A stretch of DNA of 64,000 bases from a virus, in IMG/VR virus record IMGVR_UViG_3300017667_000009, positions 4,444 through 68,443 of that record; one strand, given 5' to 3'. Position numbers and translations under genes: made by a program. This document shows positions 45,925 to 55,719 of the stretch, in pieces. Position 1 is the first letter of the stretch, and each line of letters starts with the position of its first letter. The notes under the pieces were generated by a model. The model searched no databases, was not told the origin of the DNA, and saw only the letters and a program-made list of their open reading frames with translations.

Positions 45925-46311
45925 ATGGAAGGAGAACAGAGCGAACCGGTAACGGTTAGTAAATCATATAAGCCGCACAGGAGGGGAAAGGTCCTTTTAT
46001 TTGATGCATTAAGTAGTTATCATGTGGTAGGGGGGCAGGTTAAGCGGTTCAGGCTTGAATTTCCCGACCTGGATAGGCGTTTAGTAATGTCATGCATAGC
46101 GGTTTACATGTCGGACGGGTTAAATATCGTTTATAAGCACAAAAACGCGGTTTCAGCAGCTAAATATATCAATATAAAAAACGGCCTTTACTCGCTAACG
46201 GATGCAGGCCATAGAATCGTAATAGGTTGCCTTTTTGCCTTGAGGCATGCACGGGAGAAAGGAAAGCAAAACAAGGCTCTTTTCGGTATAACGCGAAGGT
46301 TCAACGATTAA
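45925..46311 (+). CDS. hypothetical protein, possible winged helix
   Basis: ATG 45925; GLYSLTDAG wing-like motif. Confidence 0.4.
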   Translation: MEGEQSEPVTVSKSYKPHRRGKVLLFDALSSYHVVGGQVKRFRLEFPDLDRRLVMSCIAVYMSDGLNIVYKHKNAVSAAKYINIKNGLYSLTDAGHRIVIGCLFALRHAREKGKQNKALFGITRRFND

Positions 46312-46407
46312 CAAAAAAACCGCATTTATTTTAAACTTTTTATAGCTCATTATCAGCTAGTTACAAGATATTTTTATCTTATGTATTGCAAATATGTAAT
46401 TTTTATT

Positions 46408-46415
46408 TACATTTG
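46408..46415 (+). promoter_or_regulatory. -7 promoter of the early operon
   Basis: TACATTTG overlapping TTATTTAC box. Confidence 0.6.
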
Positions 46416-46449
46416 TAGCGTATTAATAAACAATTAAACAAAACGACCA

Positions 46450-46584
46450 ATGAAAAACACGACAGAACAAGCAGCAAAAATCACGGGTAATGTTATCAAT
46501 TTTTTAATGGCAGTAAGTGGAGCGGCCGTCTGCATATACGGACTAGCTAAAGCGGTTTTATTGTCCCATGCATTCGGATTTTAA
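46450..46584 (+). CDS. 44-aa membrane peptide (not in ORF track)
   Basis: MKNTTEQAAKITGNVINFLMAVSGAAVCIYGLAKAVLLSHAFGF, first ORF after the promoter. Confidence 0.55.
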   Translation: MKNTTEQAAKITGNVINFLMAVSGAAVCIYGLAKAVLLSHAFGF

Positions 46585-46597
46585 CCCACGTTTAAAA

Positions 46598-46831
46598 ATG
46601 AATCAAATAAATTTATCGGGAACGATTGACACCGTAACGGACACAAGCCTGCAACAGGAAGCCCAGCACATAGCGGAAAGGGAGGCGAAGCAGATAACAG
46701 CAACGCAAAAAGCCCAGATACTAGAGGCAGTGCGCCAAGGCTTGAAGATCAAAATAAGACAAGCCACGGCACCGAGAACCGAGGCGCCATTATTCGGAGA
46801 GTTTAACGCGAAGCAATCAAATCTATTTTAA
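46598..46831 (+). CDS. hypothetical early protein
   Basis: Start reassigned to MNQINL; ends QSNLF. Confidence 0.55.
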   Translation: MNQINLSGTIDTVTDTSLQQEAQHIAEREAKQITATQKAQILEAVRQGLKIKIRQATAPRTEAPLFGEFNAKQSNLF

Positions 46832-46855
46832 CCAAACCAAAAAACGACCAAGACA

Positions 46856-48886
46856 ATGAAAACGACATTTAGTAAATCAATTCGAGGAGGTTACAAAGCC
46901 GAGACAATGACAGAGACGGACGCCAACGGCAACGCATGGCAAATTTCAACATTTAAGAGATCAAATGGCCTAGTATGTTGTTCAGCTATTCAGGGACAAG
47001 ACACCGGCAAAGGGAATTTTACCTATGAGATGTTTGGAGCTAAAAGGTTGGAACTTGCCCAGGAAAAGACCAACGGCACAGAGGCAGCAATAAAAAGGGT
47101 ACACGCGGCCGGACTAATTGAATTTAACAGGATACAGGCAGAAGCCCCCCAGATAACCGCGCCCGCGTATGTTGTGGGGATAGGCCAAATTATTTTTACC
47201 GATAGTTGCGGAAATTGGGAAGAGAAAAAACGCGTAATTTATGAAGTAAAAAGCCCCGGCCATTTCAAAACCGTGACTTTAGACGGCAAAGAGTTAAGAC
47301 ATGACGACCGAGTAAGACCATACAGTGAAAAATTCGGAATTGGAGTATACTACAACGAAGGCGAAACGCTACCAATTGAAGAGGTTAACAACCTAGTAAA
47401 CCAAGCCCGCCACGCCACCGAGGAAAGGAACCAAGCCGAAGAGCAAGCCCGCACGGCCGCAGCAATAGAGAGAAATCAGAAAATCGCTGCAGGCATTAAA
47501 ATACTCCCAGCTATACCAGAGGGAGTAAAATCTGTAATAATAGGCGAAAAATTTTCGACAGGGTACGACCCATACGCAGATTATAACACTCACCCAGAGA
47601 CAACCGAGGAAATAATTTATTTACAATGGAGCAGCCACACTAGGGATATTTTCAGCGAAATGAGAAAGGCAGCAGACACAAACGAGAAAACCGCGCACCT
47701 AGGAACGGGAAAAGGAATTTTTGAAACCTTCCAAACAGACGAAGACGGCCGATATAGCGAACGCGGGGAAGTATTCACAACAGAAGCCGAAGCCATAGAG
47801 CTAGTAACAGCCAAGAACAGCGAGAGCCAGCCAAAAGGCTACAAATGGTCATACAAAGTCGAAGACATAGAGCACCGCGAAAAATATTCGATGGGTTCAG
47901 GTTATTATTTGAAAAGCGGAGAATGGAAAGTAAGAAAAATAAATATAGGCGAAAACAGCCTAGCCACTTTGCAAATTGCGGCCGCGGAAAATAGGTTTTT
48001 TTGCAACTCCCAACCCGAGGCAACCAAGGAGACACCGAAATTTGAAGCACAGGAAGTACAGGCCGGAACCGTTCAAATAGTTGACTACTCGGAAAAGGCG
48101 ATCGCAGTAATCGGAGACACCAAGCCGATAAAAGACAAATTAAAAAGCCTAGGAGGCAAATTTAATTTTCGCCTAAGTTGTGGAGCGGGGTGGATATTCA
48201 AAAAATCCGACCTGGAAAGACTGCAAAAGGCACTAACACCACAAGAAGAAGGAGACACGCCAAATAGACTCGAGACAGAGGGAAACCTAATAGCCGCACA
48301 GCACAGAGGAACATTGCTAAGGCATCCAGAACTAGAGCCAGCGCACCCGCTTAATATTTGCGACCCAGAGGGAGGCCAATATAAAGAAGCCTTAAAAGAG
48401 CACGAGAACAGGCCAAGCAAAACACCAGAGGAGGCAAAGCAGCGGTTAAGCGAAGAAGTTAAAAAGATGGAGGAATTTTTAGGACTTAATACGCCCGACC
48501 CCGAAACAATAGAAGCCAAAGCCCAGAAACAGGAAGCGATACAGGCAGACGGTTTATCAATTGAAGAGCTAACCCCTTGCAATTGTTTTCTAAATGCTGA
48601 TAACTGCATTTGTGAAAAGCCAATACATGAAGCAATAAAAGCGACAACCCGTAAAACTATAAACGTGACTCCACAGGTTGCAGCATCTTGGAGCCCACAC
48701 GGAAACGCAGAATATAAAAAAGCAATTGAAGACAAGGACGAGGAAAAAATTACCATGATCGTAACACGCAGAGCCATAGGCACCAGTTCAGACGGGTTTT
48801 TTAGGGTATCCGGACCAGAGCCAAGGAGCAGCAAAGCAGGGAGGACTAATGTGAGCCTACCAGCCCCCCAGATGTTTTTATTTTAA
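46856..48886 (+). CDS. multidomain early protein (leading-region/polyvalent-associated modules)
   Basis: EHREKYSMGSGYYL and DYSEKAIAVIGDTKPIKDKLKSLGGKFN..GWIF modules; ends QMFLF. Confidence 0.7.
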   Translation: MKTTFSKSIRGGYKAETMTETDANGNAWQISTFKRSNGLVCCSAIQGQDTGKGNFTYEMFGAKRLELAQEKTNGTEAAIKRVHAAGLIEFNRIQAEAPQITAPAYVVGIGQIIFTDSCGNWEEKKRVIYEVKSPGHFKTVTLDGKELRHDDRVRPYSEKFGIGVYYNEGETLPIEEVNNLVNQARHATEERNQAEEQARTAAAIERNQKIAAGIKILPAIPEGVKSVIIGEKFSTGYDPYADYNTHPETTEEIIYLQWSSHTRDIFSEMRKAADTNEKTAHLGTGKGIFETFQTDEDGRYSERGEVFTTEAEAIELVTAKNSESQPKGYKWSYKVEDIEHREKYSMGSGYYLKSGEWKVRKINIGENSLATLQIAAAENRFFCNSQPEATKETPKFEAQEVQAGTVQIVDYSEKAIAVIGDTKPIKDKLKSLGGKFNFRLSCGAGWIFKKSDLERLQKALTPQEEGDTPNRLETEGNLIAAQHRGTLLRHPELEPAHPLNICDPEGGQYKEALKEHENRPSKTPEEAKQRLSEEVKKMEEFLGLNTPDPETIEAKAQKQEAIQADGLSIEELTPCNCFLNADNCICEKPIHEAIKATTRKTINVTPQVAASWSPHGNAEYKKAIEDKDEEKITMIVTRRAIGTSSDGFFRVSGPEPRSSKAGRTNVSLPAPQMFLF

Positions 48887-48915
48887 CTATAATTACAACA
48901 TGAATACAAACGACC

Positions 48916-49248
48916 ATGAAAACAAGCACTAAACTAAACAAGCACTTAGAAGAGATCAAAGCTAACGCTATCCAAGGCATTAAAGATTTTTTCAAATTAA
49001 GCAATTCAGGCCATTATATATTCAATGATCCGGCAGGCAGTATCCTAAATTCAGACATAACTATTAACGGAGTTTTGATAGAATGGAGTTTAGAACACGG
49101 CCAAGTTTTTTATTTAATCGGTGAGGATGAGTCCGGCACCGAACTACACGAAGACAAAATAGAGGAGTGCAATATTCAAGATTTGCTTTGGGTATTGACA
49201 GAGCTAGAAAATAAGAACTACGAATTTGAACCAGTGGAAGCAAACTAA
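48916..49248 (+). CDS. hypothetical early protein
   Basis: 110-aa acidic ORF. Confidence 0.65.
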   Translation: MKTSTKLNKHLEEIKANAIQGIKDFFKLSNSGHYIFNDPAGSILNSDITINGVLIEWSLEHGQVFYLIGEDESGTELHEDKIEECNIQDLLWVLTELENKNYEFEPVEAN

Positions 49249-49250
49249 TT

Positions 49251-49475
49251 ATGAAAAAGCTATTAAAAAACATTGAAAGAATAGCCATGAAAGCAATTGT
49301 AACGAGAACCAAGGAAGGAATAATGGCCGAGATTAGAGACCTGAAAAATGCCATATCCAAAGAGGAAGAGTATTTAAAGACTGGCAATAGATTAGGCACA
49401 TACCACCATCCAAGGCAGAGGATAGCGGCCTATAAAATAGCAATCGAGGTAAGAACAAGACAATTGACAGCATAA
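49251..49475 (+). CDS. hypothetical early protein
   Basis: 74-aa basic ORF. Confidence 0.6.
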   Translation: MKKLLKNIERIAMKAIVTRTKEGIMAEIRDLKNAISKEEEYLKTGNRLGTYHHPRQRIAAYKIAIEVRTRQLTA

Positions 49476-49685
49476 ACTTTACACCCATGAAACGACTACC
49501 AAAAATAGGGATAACCCCAATAACCACAGGGAAGCAAATAGTAGAGACATTCACAGGGCACGACATCTTCAGAGGTGAGCACCCAGAAAATGAAAACGCT
49601 TTAAAAAGGCAACCAAAGCTAGAATGACTGCAAAAAAAAGAAGGAGTGTATGGTATCGGTTTACAAATAATAACCACGACTAAAT

Positions 49686-51290
49686 ATGTTCGGTCCTGAT
49701 TTTTACCCCACACCACAGCCCGTAATTGATCAATTACTTTCGAGCATTGACCTACACGGCAAAATAGTACTAGAGCCTAGCTGCGGAAGCGGAAATTTAG
49801 TTAAAGCAATCCAACAGGCAGGAGCCAAGGAGGTTTTAGGTTGCGAGAACGAACCGCAATTAGTTAAAATTGCGCAAAGTTATTGCAAGATAGTTGAGAG
49901 GAATTTTTTAGACCTCACAAGCGATAAGGTAAGCCACATTGATGCAATACTTATGAATCCGCCCTTCAGTAATGGAGCTCAGCACATTCTACACGCGTAC
50001 AAGATCGCGCCAGACGGATGTCAGGTAATTGCCTTATGTAATCTTGAGACAATCAAAAACCCCTACACAAAAACAAGGGAGGAATTAAAAACCTTAGTGG
50101 ATACATACGGGCAATTTTCGGACCTCGGAGAATGTTTTACAACGGCAGAAAGAAAAACAAACGTACAAGTTGCATTGATCCGACTACAAAAGCCAGTCAA
50201 CAACTACAAGGCAGAGTTTGAAGGTTTCTTTTTAGATGAGGACCCAGAAGAAGGCCAGGCCAGCGGATTGATGAGATACAACGAGGTCAGGGACTTAGTT
50301 AACCGTTACGTTGAGAGCGTAAAAATTTACGATCAGCAACTTGAGACGGCAGTAAAATTAAACAGCTTGCAAAAAGATTACTTCGATACCTCCAGCGCAT
50401 ACAACGACAAAAAACAAATTTCGATAACTATTAACCAAGGAGGCGTTGCGGTTGCAAGAAATGAGTTTAAAAAGCGGATGCAGAGAAGCGGATGGAAATG
50501 GATATTTGATAAAATGGATTTAACCAAGACCGCTACAAAAGGACTCCGAGAGGATATAAACAAGTTTGTTGAAAAGCAGCAGGAAATTCCTTTCACCATG
50601 AGAAACATTTACCACATGCTAGACATGGTAAACCAAACAACAGGCCAGCGCATGGATAAAGCTATTTTAGAAGTATTCGACAAGGTAACAAGACACAGCC
50701 ACGACAACGAGTACCGGGTAGAGGGATGGAAAACAAACAGCCACTATCTGCTAACAAAAAGATTTATTGCGCCAAGCTACTGCAAAGAAGAAATGGAAGA
50801 CCTAGTAAAAGCCCTTTGCTACATTACCGGAAAGAACTACGATAATTTTATGACGCTCGAGCACCGCATGAATAACAAATACACGCTAGTCGATGCCGAG
50901 GGGAATTTAATAATTGACGACACGGATCGTTGGTACAAATACTATCTTTGGAGTGGTTACGAAATTGATCAATATGGATACGGCAAAGAAGCGCTTGAAA
51001 AACACCCTGGAAGCAAGATCGAAAAGTTAGAATGGGATTACGGCAAGTGGTTCGACTGGGGATTTTTCACCGTCAGACATTACAAAAAAGGAACGTATCA
51101 CTTTGAATTTAAGTCCGAGGACGTTTGGGCAAACTTCAACCAGAGAGTAGCTAAAATCAAAGGATATCCACTACCAGAAAAGAAAACGCAAACCGCATAC
51201 CAGAAACGCCAGACCTATACCAGAGACGCAAAGCCAGCATATAAACCAACAGCACAAAAACCTACTATCTTAGCAACCTTTAACGTTTAG
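49686..51290 (+). CDS. N6-adenine DNA methyltransferase with DUF4942 domain
   Basis: DFYPTP, VLEPSCGSG, MNPPF; C-terminal FDWGFF.V..YKKGTYHFEF. Confidence 0.9.
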   Translation: MFGPDFYPTPQPVIDQLLSSIDLHGKIVLEPSCGSGNLVKAIQQAGAKEVLGCENEPQLVKIAQSYCKIVERNFLDLTSDKVSHIDAILMNPPFSNGAQHILHAYKIAPDGCQVIALCNLETIKNPYTKTREELKTLVDTYGQFSDLGECFTTAERKTNVQVALIRLQKPVNNYKAEFEGFFLDEDPEEGQASGLMRYNEVRDLVNRYVESVKIYDQQLETAVKLNSLQKDYFDTSSAYNDKKQISITINQGGVAVARNEFKKRMQRSGWKWIFDKMDLTKTATKGLREDINKFVEKQQEIPFTMRNIYHMLDMVNQTTGQRMDKAILEVFDKVTRHSHDNEYRVEGWKTNSHYLLTKRFIAPSYCKEEMEDLVKALCYITGKNYDNFMTLEHRMNNKYTLVDAEGNLIIDDTDRWYKYYLWSGYEIDQYGYGKEALEKHPGSKIEKLEWDYGKWFDWGFFTVRHYKKGTYHFEFKSEDVWANFNQRVAKIKGYPLPEKKTQTAYQKRQTYTRDAKPAYKPTAQKPTILATFNV

Positions 51291-51295
51291 CAACC

Positions 51296-51523
51296 ATGAA
51301 GAATCCAAAACTAGATTTAAACGCCCTCTTCACCGAGATCAAAAAGCACAAAACAAAAGTGAATAAAGAGAAACCATACTGGCCAGATTTTGCCGCCTAT
51401 CTTTCAGAAAAGTACATGAAGCCACTGGACAAGCGGTGGGGAAAGAGAACCAGCAACAAACCAGACCCGTACACCGATGTACTACATGAGGCTATGGGAG
51501 CTTGCGGAATTAAATTAGATTAG
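51296..51523 (+). CDS. hypothetical protein
   Basis: 75-aa ORF ending the early operon. Confidence 0.6.
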   Translation: MKNPKLDLNALFTEIKKHKTKVNKEKPYWPDFAAYLSEKYMKPLDKRWGKRTSNKPDPYTDVLHEAMGACGIKLD

Positions 51524-51533
51524 TAGCATAAAA

Positions 51534-51581
51534 GCCCGGGGGGAGTTTAAACTTGGTCGTTTTGCCCTCCGGTGTCTTTTT
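51534..51581 (+). ncRNA. terminator-like hairpin with antisense loop to early-gene start regions
   Basis: ccggggg/cctccgg stem, T-tract; loop cttggtcgttttg is the reverse complement of caaaacgaccaag. Confidence 0.5.
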
Positions 51582-51731
51582 AAACCCAAACAACCAAGGA
51601 GTTCCTGAAAGACTAATTTTTATTGATAAAAATAATAATAATAATACTTTACGCAATGTAAATTATATTTACATTTTGACTACTTTTGTTCTTGTTCGTA
51701 GTTTTTTAACCTGCACATAAAAATTAAATTT

Positions 51732-52100
51732 ATGAGAAAGCGAGAGCAAAAATCATTTAACCGAAAGCTATTCAGCAATCGTATCAAAATGGTAAGAAAC
51801 CAACTTGGGTTAAACCAGGCTGAGATGGCGGAAGGATGCCACAGAAGCCGATCAGCTTACAACATCATTGAAAACGGAGCCGTAAGCCCATCTTTAGACT
51901 TCATTGTAGACCTCCACGCCTTCTTTATCAAAAAAGGAGTAAGCATTAGTTACGACTACCTTCTGTGCGCCACCGAGCACATGAACGAGAAGGAAATGAG
52001 CAAAAAATTGCAAGACGAATTAGACGTGATTAAGAAAGATTACGCCCACCTAAAAGAAGTAACAGCCTTACAAAGAGAATTAATTTCGTCAAAAAAGTAA
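51732..52100 (+). CDS. XRE-family HTH transcriptional regulator (probable repressor)
   Basis: RIKMVRNQLGLNQAEMAE...AYNIIENG..SPS...SYDYLL. Confidence 0.9.
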   Translation: MRKREQKSFNRKLFSNRIKMVRNQLGLNQAEMAEGCHRSRSAYNIIENGAVSPSLDFIVDLHAFFIKKGVSISYDYLLCATEHMNEKEMSKKLQDELDVIKKDYAHLKEVTALQRELISSKK

Positions 52101-52101
52101 T

Positions 52102-52126
52102 TTTTATTTACTTTTTGTAAATAAAA
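52102..52126. promoter_or_regulatory. palindromic operator candidate
   Basis: TTTTATTTAC-TTTTT-GTAAATAAAA just upstream of TAATTTTG. Confidence 0.55.
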
Positions 52127-52142
52127 GTATAATTTTGTCACT

Positions 52143-52613
52143 ATGGATTTAGTGACTAAAACAATCAGAGACTCTACCGGATTGACTTTGATAGAGTTTT
52201 GCGAAAACTATCTTGACAGCGATTCACGCAGTTTTTCCGCCCGATTAAGAAAAAATCGACTCTACCCAAACGAGGCCGTATTGATTTGCCTTCTCAGCGG
52301 TAAAAAACCAATAGAAATATTTGAAAGGTCTACACTTGAAACTTTTTTTATCAAGGGAAAAAGCAATCAGGTGAACTTGCGTATTCAAGAACTTATAGAC
52401 AATGGTTCAGCCATTGAAATTCTTGCACCTGATATCGGAGAAAAGCCCGCGCCAGTAAAGAAAAAACTAAAGCTAAAAAGCAGAGAAAAAAAATATTCTG
52501 ATGCATCTGTAAAATACCAAAAAGAGATTGATACTCCAATTCAAAAGTTAAATAAACCAGATTTTAAAGAAGACATGGACACGGATTTTGTTGACATGAA
52601 AGTCTTCCAATAA
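52143..52613 (+). CDS. hypothetical protein, possible HTH regulator
   Basis: N-terminal GLTLIEFC..L...FSARL. Confidence 0.55.
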   Translation: MDLVTKTIRDSTGLTLIEFCENYLDSDSRSFSARLRKNRLYPNEAVLICLLSGKKPIEIFERSTLETFFIKGKSNQVNLRIQELIDNGSAIEILAPDIGEKPAPVKKKLKLKSREKKYSDASVKYQKEIDTPIQKLNKPDFKEDMDTDFVDMKVFQ

Positions 52614-52637
52614 AATTAATTAACCCCTATAAATCAA

Positions 52638-52823
52638 ATGAAAGTAATAGCTAAAAAAACACACGGAAAAAATCTAGTTCAAAACGAATTAGAAAATTCA
52701 ATGGCAAGTCTTTTAAAACTCTTGCATTTTACGCAAGCTCATATCGAGACTTCTGATCGCGTAAAGTCCATCACGGTAAAAAACGAGACGCACACATTAA
52801 CACTTAAACCCAACATCCCATGA
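52638..52823 (+). CDS. hypothetical protein
   Basis: 61-aa ORF coupled to next gene. Confidence 0.5.
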   Translation: MKVIAKKTHGKNLVQNELENSMASLLKLLHFTQAHIETSDRVKSITVKNETHTLTLKPNIP

Positions 52824-53602
52824 GCAGCCAACTAGAGACAGTAAAAAAATTAGATAGTAGTATTATATCCTACCTATCCGAACGGCAAATAGGCGGCCTT
52901 GAAAAGTCCCTAAAGACTGCAGAAGCTATTATGATGGTAAAAACAGCGCTCACCCCTGAGCTTATGAAGCCCATCATGGCCCTGCAAGGAAGTAGACTTG
53001 GATTCAGAACCGACAAAGACAAGGCAAGCGGGTATGATGTGGAGACAGTTAAAAATTGCCTTGTAGATGCCTCTCTTATGGGGCTCACTGCCTACGGAAA
53101 CAAGTTCAATATCATTGCCGGAGGAGTTTATGTGACAAAGGAGGGATTTAGCGATCTGTTAGCCCAGGTAAAAGGCCTTGACTATGAAATCTCTTTCGAT
53201 CTGCCAAAGATTGCGCCAGACAAGACCAGCGCCACAGTAATAGCTAAAATAAAGTGGACGATCCAGGGACAAACCAAAGAAAGGGAAATGCCTTTTTCTA
53301 TTAAGTCTGACAGTTATACTACTACCGATTCGGTCATAGGTAAGGCCACCCGTAAGGCTAGAAAATGGCTGCACGAAAAGTTAACCGGTTTAGAAATTGC
53401 CGATGGAGACGTAACCGAAGTTTCCGCCACAGTGGTTAGTTCTAAGATTGAACTACCAACACCAGAGGAACTGCAGGTGCTTCTTGATGAGAAGGCGCCT
53501 GAGCTTACCGCAAAGGAATTTAAACGAGCGCAGGAGATCATTCAAAACAAAGAGGAGTCTTCCTACTCGAAACTGAAAAGTAAACTTTTAGAGCAGGCGT
53601 AA
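52820..53602 (+). CDS. putative single-strand annealing protein (RecT/Redbeta-like)
   Basis: Next to SSB-like gene; GL....FNIIAG..Y..K.G and KA.RKA motifs. Confidence 0.5.
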   Translation: MSSQLETVKKLDSSIISYLSERQIGGLEKSLKTAEAIMMVKTALTPELMKPIMALQGSRLGFRTDKDKASGYDVETVKNCLVDASLMGLTAYGNKFNIIAGGVYVTKEGFSDLLAQVKGLDYEISFDLPKIAPDKTSATVIAKIKWTIQGQTKEREMPFSIKSDSYTTTDSVIGKATRKARKWLHEKLTGLEIADGDVTEVSATVVSSKIELPTPEELQVLLDEKAPELTAKEFKRAQEIIQNKEESSYSKLKSKLLEQA

Positions 53603-53603
53603 T

Positions 53604-53990
53604 ATGGAAATAGAAGGAAGAGTGATAAACCTATTGCCCATCCAAAAGGGACTGGGCAAAAACGGAATTTGGAAGAGTCAGGATTTCGTAATTGAAACCC
53701 GTGACCAATACCCAAAAAAGGTCTGCATAGGCATTTTTGGAGACCCCTTAATTACCAAGGCCGAAGGCATGAGAGAGGGTATGAATATCAAAGCTCATAT
53801 CAATTTAGAAAGCCGCGAGTACAACGGTCGTTGGTACACCCAGATTAGGGCATGGAAACTAGAGTGGTCCGAAGAGTCTGCCAAGGCGGCATTCCAAAGA
53901 GGGCAAGCAGGACACGCGGCACAAGACCCAGATCCTGAGCCCGCAAAACCTAGCTCAAACGATAATGATAATGACGATTTGCCTTTTTAA
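53604..53990 (+). CDS. DUF3127 SSB-like OB-fold protein
   Basis: WKSQDFVIET.DQYPKKVC...SREYNGRWYT; acidic DDLPF tail. Confidence 0.9.
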   Translation: MEIEGRVINLLPIQKGLGKNGIWKSQDFVIETRDQYPKKVCIGIFGDPLITKAEGMREGMNIKAHINLESREYNGRWYTQIRAWKLEWSEESAKAAFQRGQAGHAAQDPDPEPAKPSSNDNDNDDLPF

Positions 53991-54001
53991 CCTCCATACC
54001 A

Positions 54002-54394
54002 ATGAGCACAATTATTTACCTCTTACTAGCAATCCCTACTGTTACTCACCTTTTCTTCGACTACACCAAGAAATATACAGGTGGCAAAATACGGCACTGG
54101 CTTTCTGCGCTAATCGTAGTTATCCTTTCTTTTGGGTTAGGGTTTTTTGATCCCCTTGTTTCATTCTGGCAATTCGGATTTTATGCCCTTGGTATTCACT
54201 TTGCATTTTTTGACATATTGTGGAACTGGCTCAATGGCCACAAATGGCACTACAACGGAGACAGAACTAATCCGGAAAGAGCATGGACAGACAAAATGTG
54301 GGACTTTGTCCCTGTGTACGCACAACCATTAATTAGGTTTATCGGGTTCTACATTGGATATGGCTTCTACTACCACCTAGAATGGATTTTGTAG
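54002..54394 (+). CDS. membrane protein
   Basis: Several hydrophobic segments. Confidence 0.65.
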   Translation: MSTIIYLLLAIPTVTHLFFDYTKKYTGGKIRHWLSALIVVILSFGLGFFDPLVSFWQFGFYALGIHFAFFDILWNWLNGHKWHYNGDRTNPERAWTDKMWDFVPVYAQPLIRFIGFYIGYGFYYHLEWIL

Positions 54395-54454
54395 CTCTTT
54401 ATTGAATTTTAGTAAATAATTCAATATATTCGCGTCTAATAAACAAGACCCGAA

Positions 54455-55096
54455 TTGGCCAAGGCAATTAAAAGAATTGCGGATAGAATAGAGTTTGCCA
54501 TAAAAAAAGGGCTTACTGGCTACGTTTCGCCCGATAAAATGGGCGAAGAGACATACGCGGAAGTCTTAAACGTGTGGAGAAAATACGTTGACGAATACGC
54601 CAAGACGGAAAAGATAAGCCTTTACTTACAGCCTTTCGAAAAAATTGAAGCGGTCGCAACCCTAGCCGGAGGAACTACTGAAGGAACCAAAACCGTAACG
54701 GCCTGCCACAATTACCCAATTTCAATTGTAGCCACAGCAACCGGAAAGAAGGTTAGCAAGCTAACCATTTCTGAATATGCTGATAGATTCAATCACCCCA
54801 CCAAGGGACCAAGTGTAGACTACCCTATTTGCAAGTTTGTTGGTAACGTGATTTACGTGGCGCCAAAATTAGATGTAACCGTAACTTACATAGCCACCCC
54901 CGTAAAGCCAGTATACGCATACACTCTATCAGGAGAGGATTATATCTATGACGATGTTAATTCGGTTGACATAGAATTTCCAGACGTCCTGCACGATGAT
55001 ATTATGAATCGAGTACTTTCTAATCTGGGTATAGCTATGAGAGACGGTCAGTTGACACAGTTCAGTGACCAGCAAAAAGCCATGGAGAACAGATGA
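54455..55096 (+). CDS. tail ring/adaptor protein (crAss-like)
   Basis: TYI..P..P...Y...SVDIEFP..LH..I motif; TTG start; upstream of stabilisation protein. Confidence 0.7.
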   Translation: MAKAIKRIADRIEFAIKKGLTGYVSPDKMGEETYAEVLNVWRKYVDEYAKTEKISLYLQPFEKIEAVATLAGGTTEGTKTVTACHNYPISIVATATGKKVSKLTISEYADRFNHPTKGPSVDYPICKFVGNVIYVAPKLDVTVTYIATPVKPVYAYTLSGEDYIYDDVNSVDIEFPDVLHDDIMNRVLSNLGIAMRDGQLTQFSDQQKAMENR

Positions 55097-55719
55097 CAAC
55101 TCTTAGAATTTTAGCCAATCAATTCATAGACGACATAAGCGGTCAGAGTAAGACCGCAGACAGCCGATGGGATGAGCGCGAAGTAGTTCTAAAGATTCGC
55201 CAACTTCTTAACGAGGTAATGATACTGGCTTACTTTGGCAAATACCAGGAAGGAGACAGAAGCGCAATCACTCAGTACATATCTACCTATAAACTACCGC
55301 TACAGAACGATAGCGATTTGAACAGGGCATTTGTAACGCTACCAGAAGGATATGCCGCATTGCCGTATAACAGAGGTATACACAGGGTATTTTTTAAGCG
55401 CGATGATGAAAACTACAAAGACGTAGTGATCTCACACAATCCAAGCATAGGGCAAAATACAAAAGCTGGCCGGGTGCCAGATGTTGTTTACGGATACCTA
55501 GAAGGGTTCAACGTTTTTTTTAGGAACCTATCAGTAGAACCAGATGATGATCCGCTGACGGTAGTAGCTCAGTTGATCATTGCGGCACCAGACACCATAG
55601 GTTTAAACGATCCTCTTCCAGTAGTACCCGAGCAAGTAAGTGAGGTAATGAAAAGATTGATGGCTTCGTACAGGCCTACTCCTATTGATTTAGCGGCTAA
55701 CGGTAATCCTCAGTTATGA
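55093..55719 (+). CDS. tail ring/adaptor protein
   Basis: Coupled operon with tail proteins. Confidence 0.6.
   Translation: MTTLRILANQFIDDISGQSKTADSRWDEREVVLKIRQLLNEVMILAYFGKYQEGDRSAITQYISTYKLPLQNDSDLNRAFVTLPEGYAALPYNRGIHRVFFKRDDENYKDVVISHNPSIGQNTKAGRVPDVVYGYLEGFNVFFRNLSVEPDDDPLTVVAQLIIAAPDTIGLNDPLPVVPEQVSEVMKRLMASYRPTPIDLAANGNPQL

Noticed and set aside
48085-48834. 249-aa minus-strand ORF and similar antisense ORFs (for example 44563-45156, 31793-32251)
   Set aside because: Shadows of real genes on the opposite strand, with no recognisable motifs.
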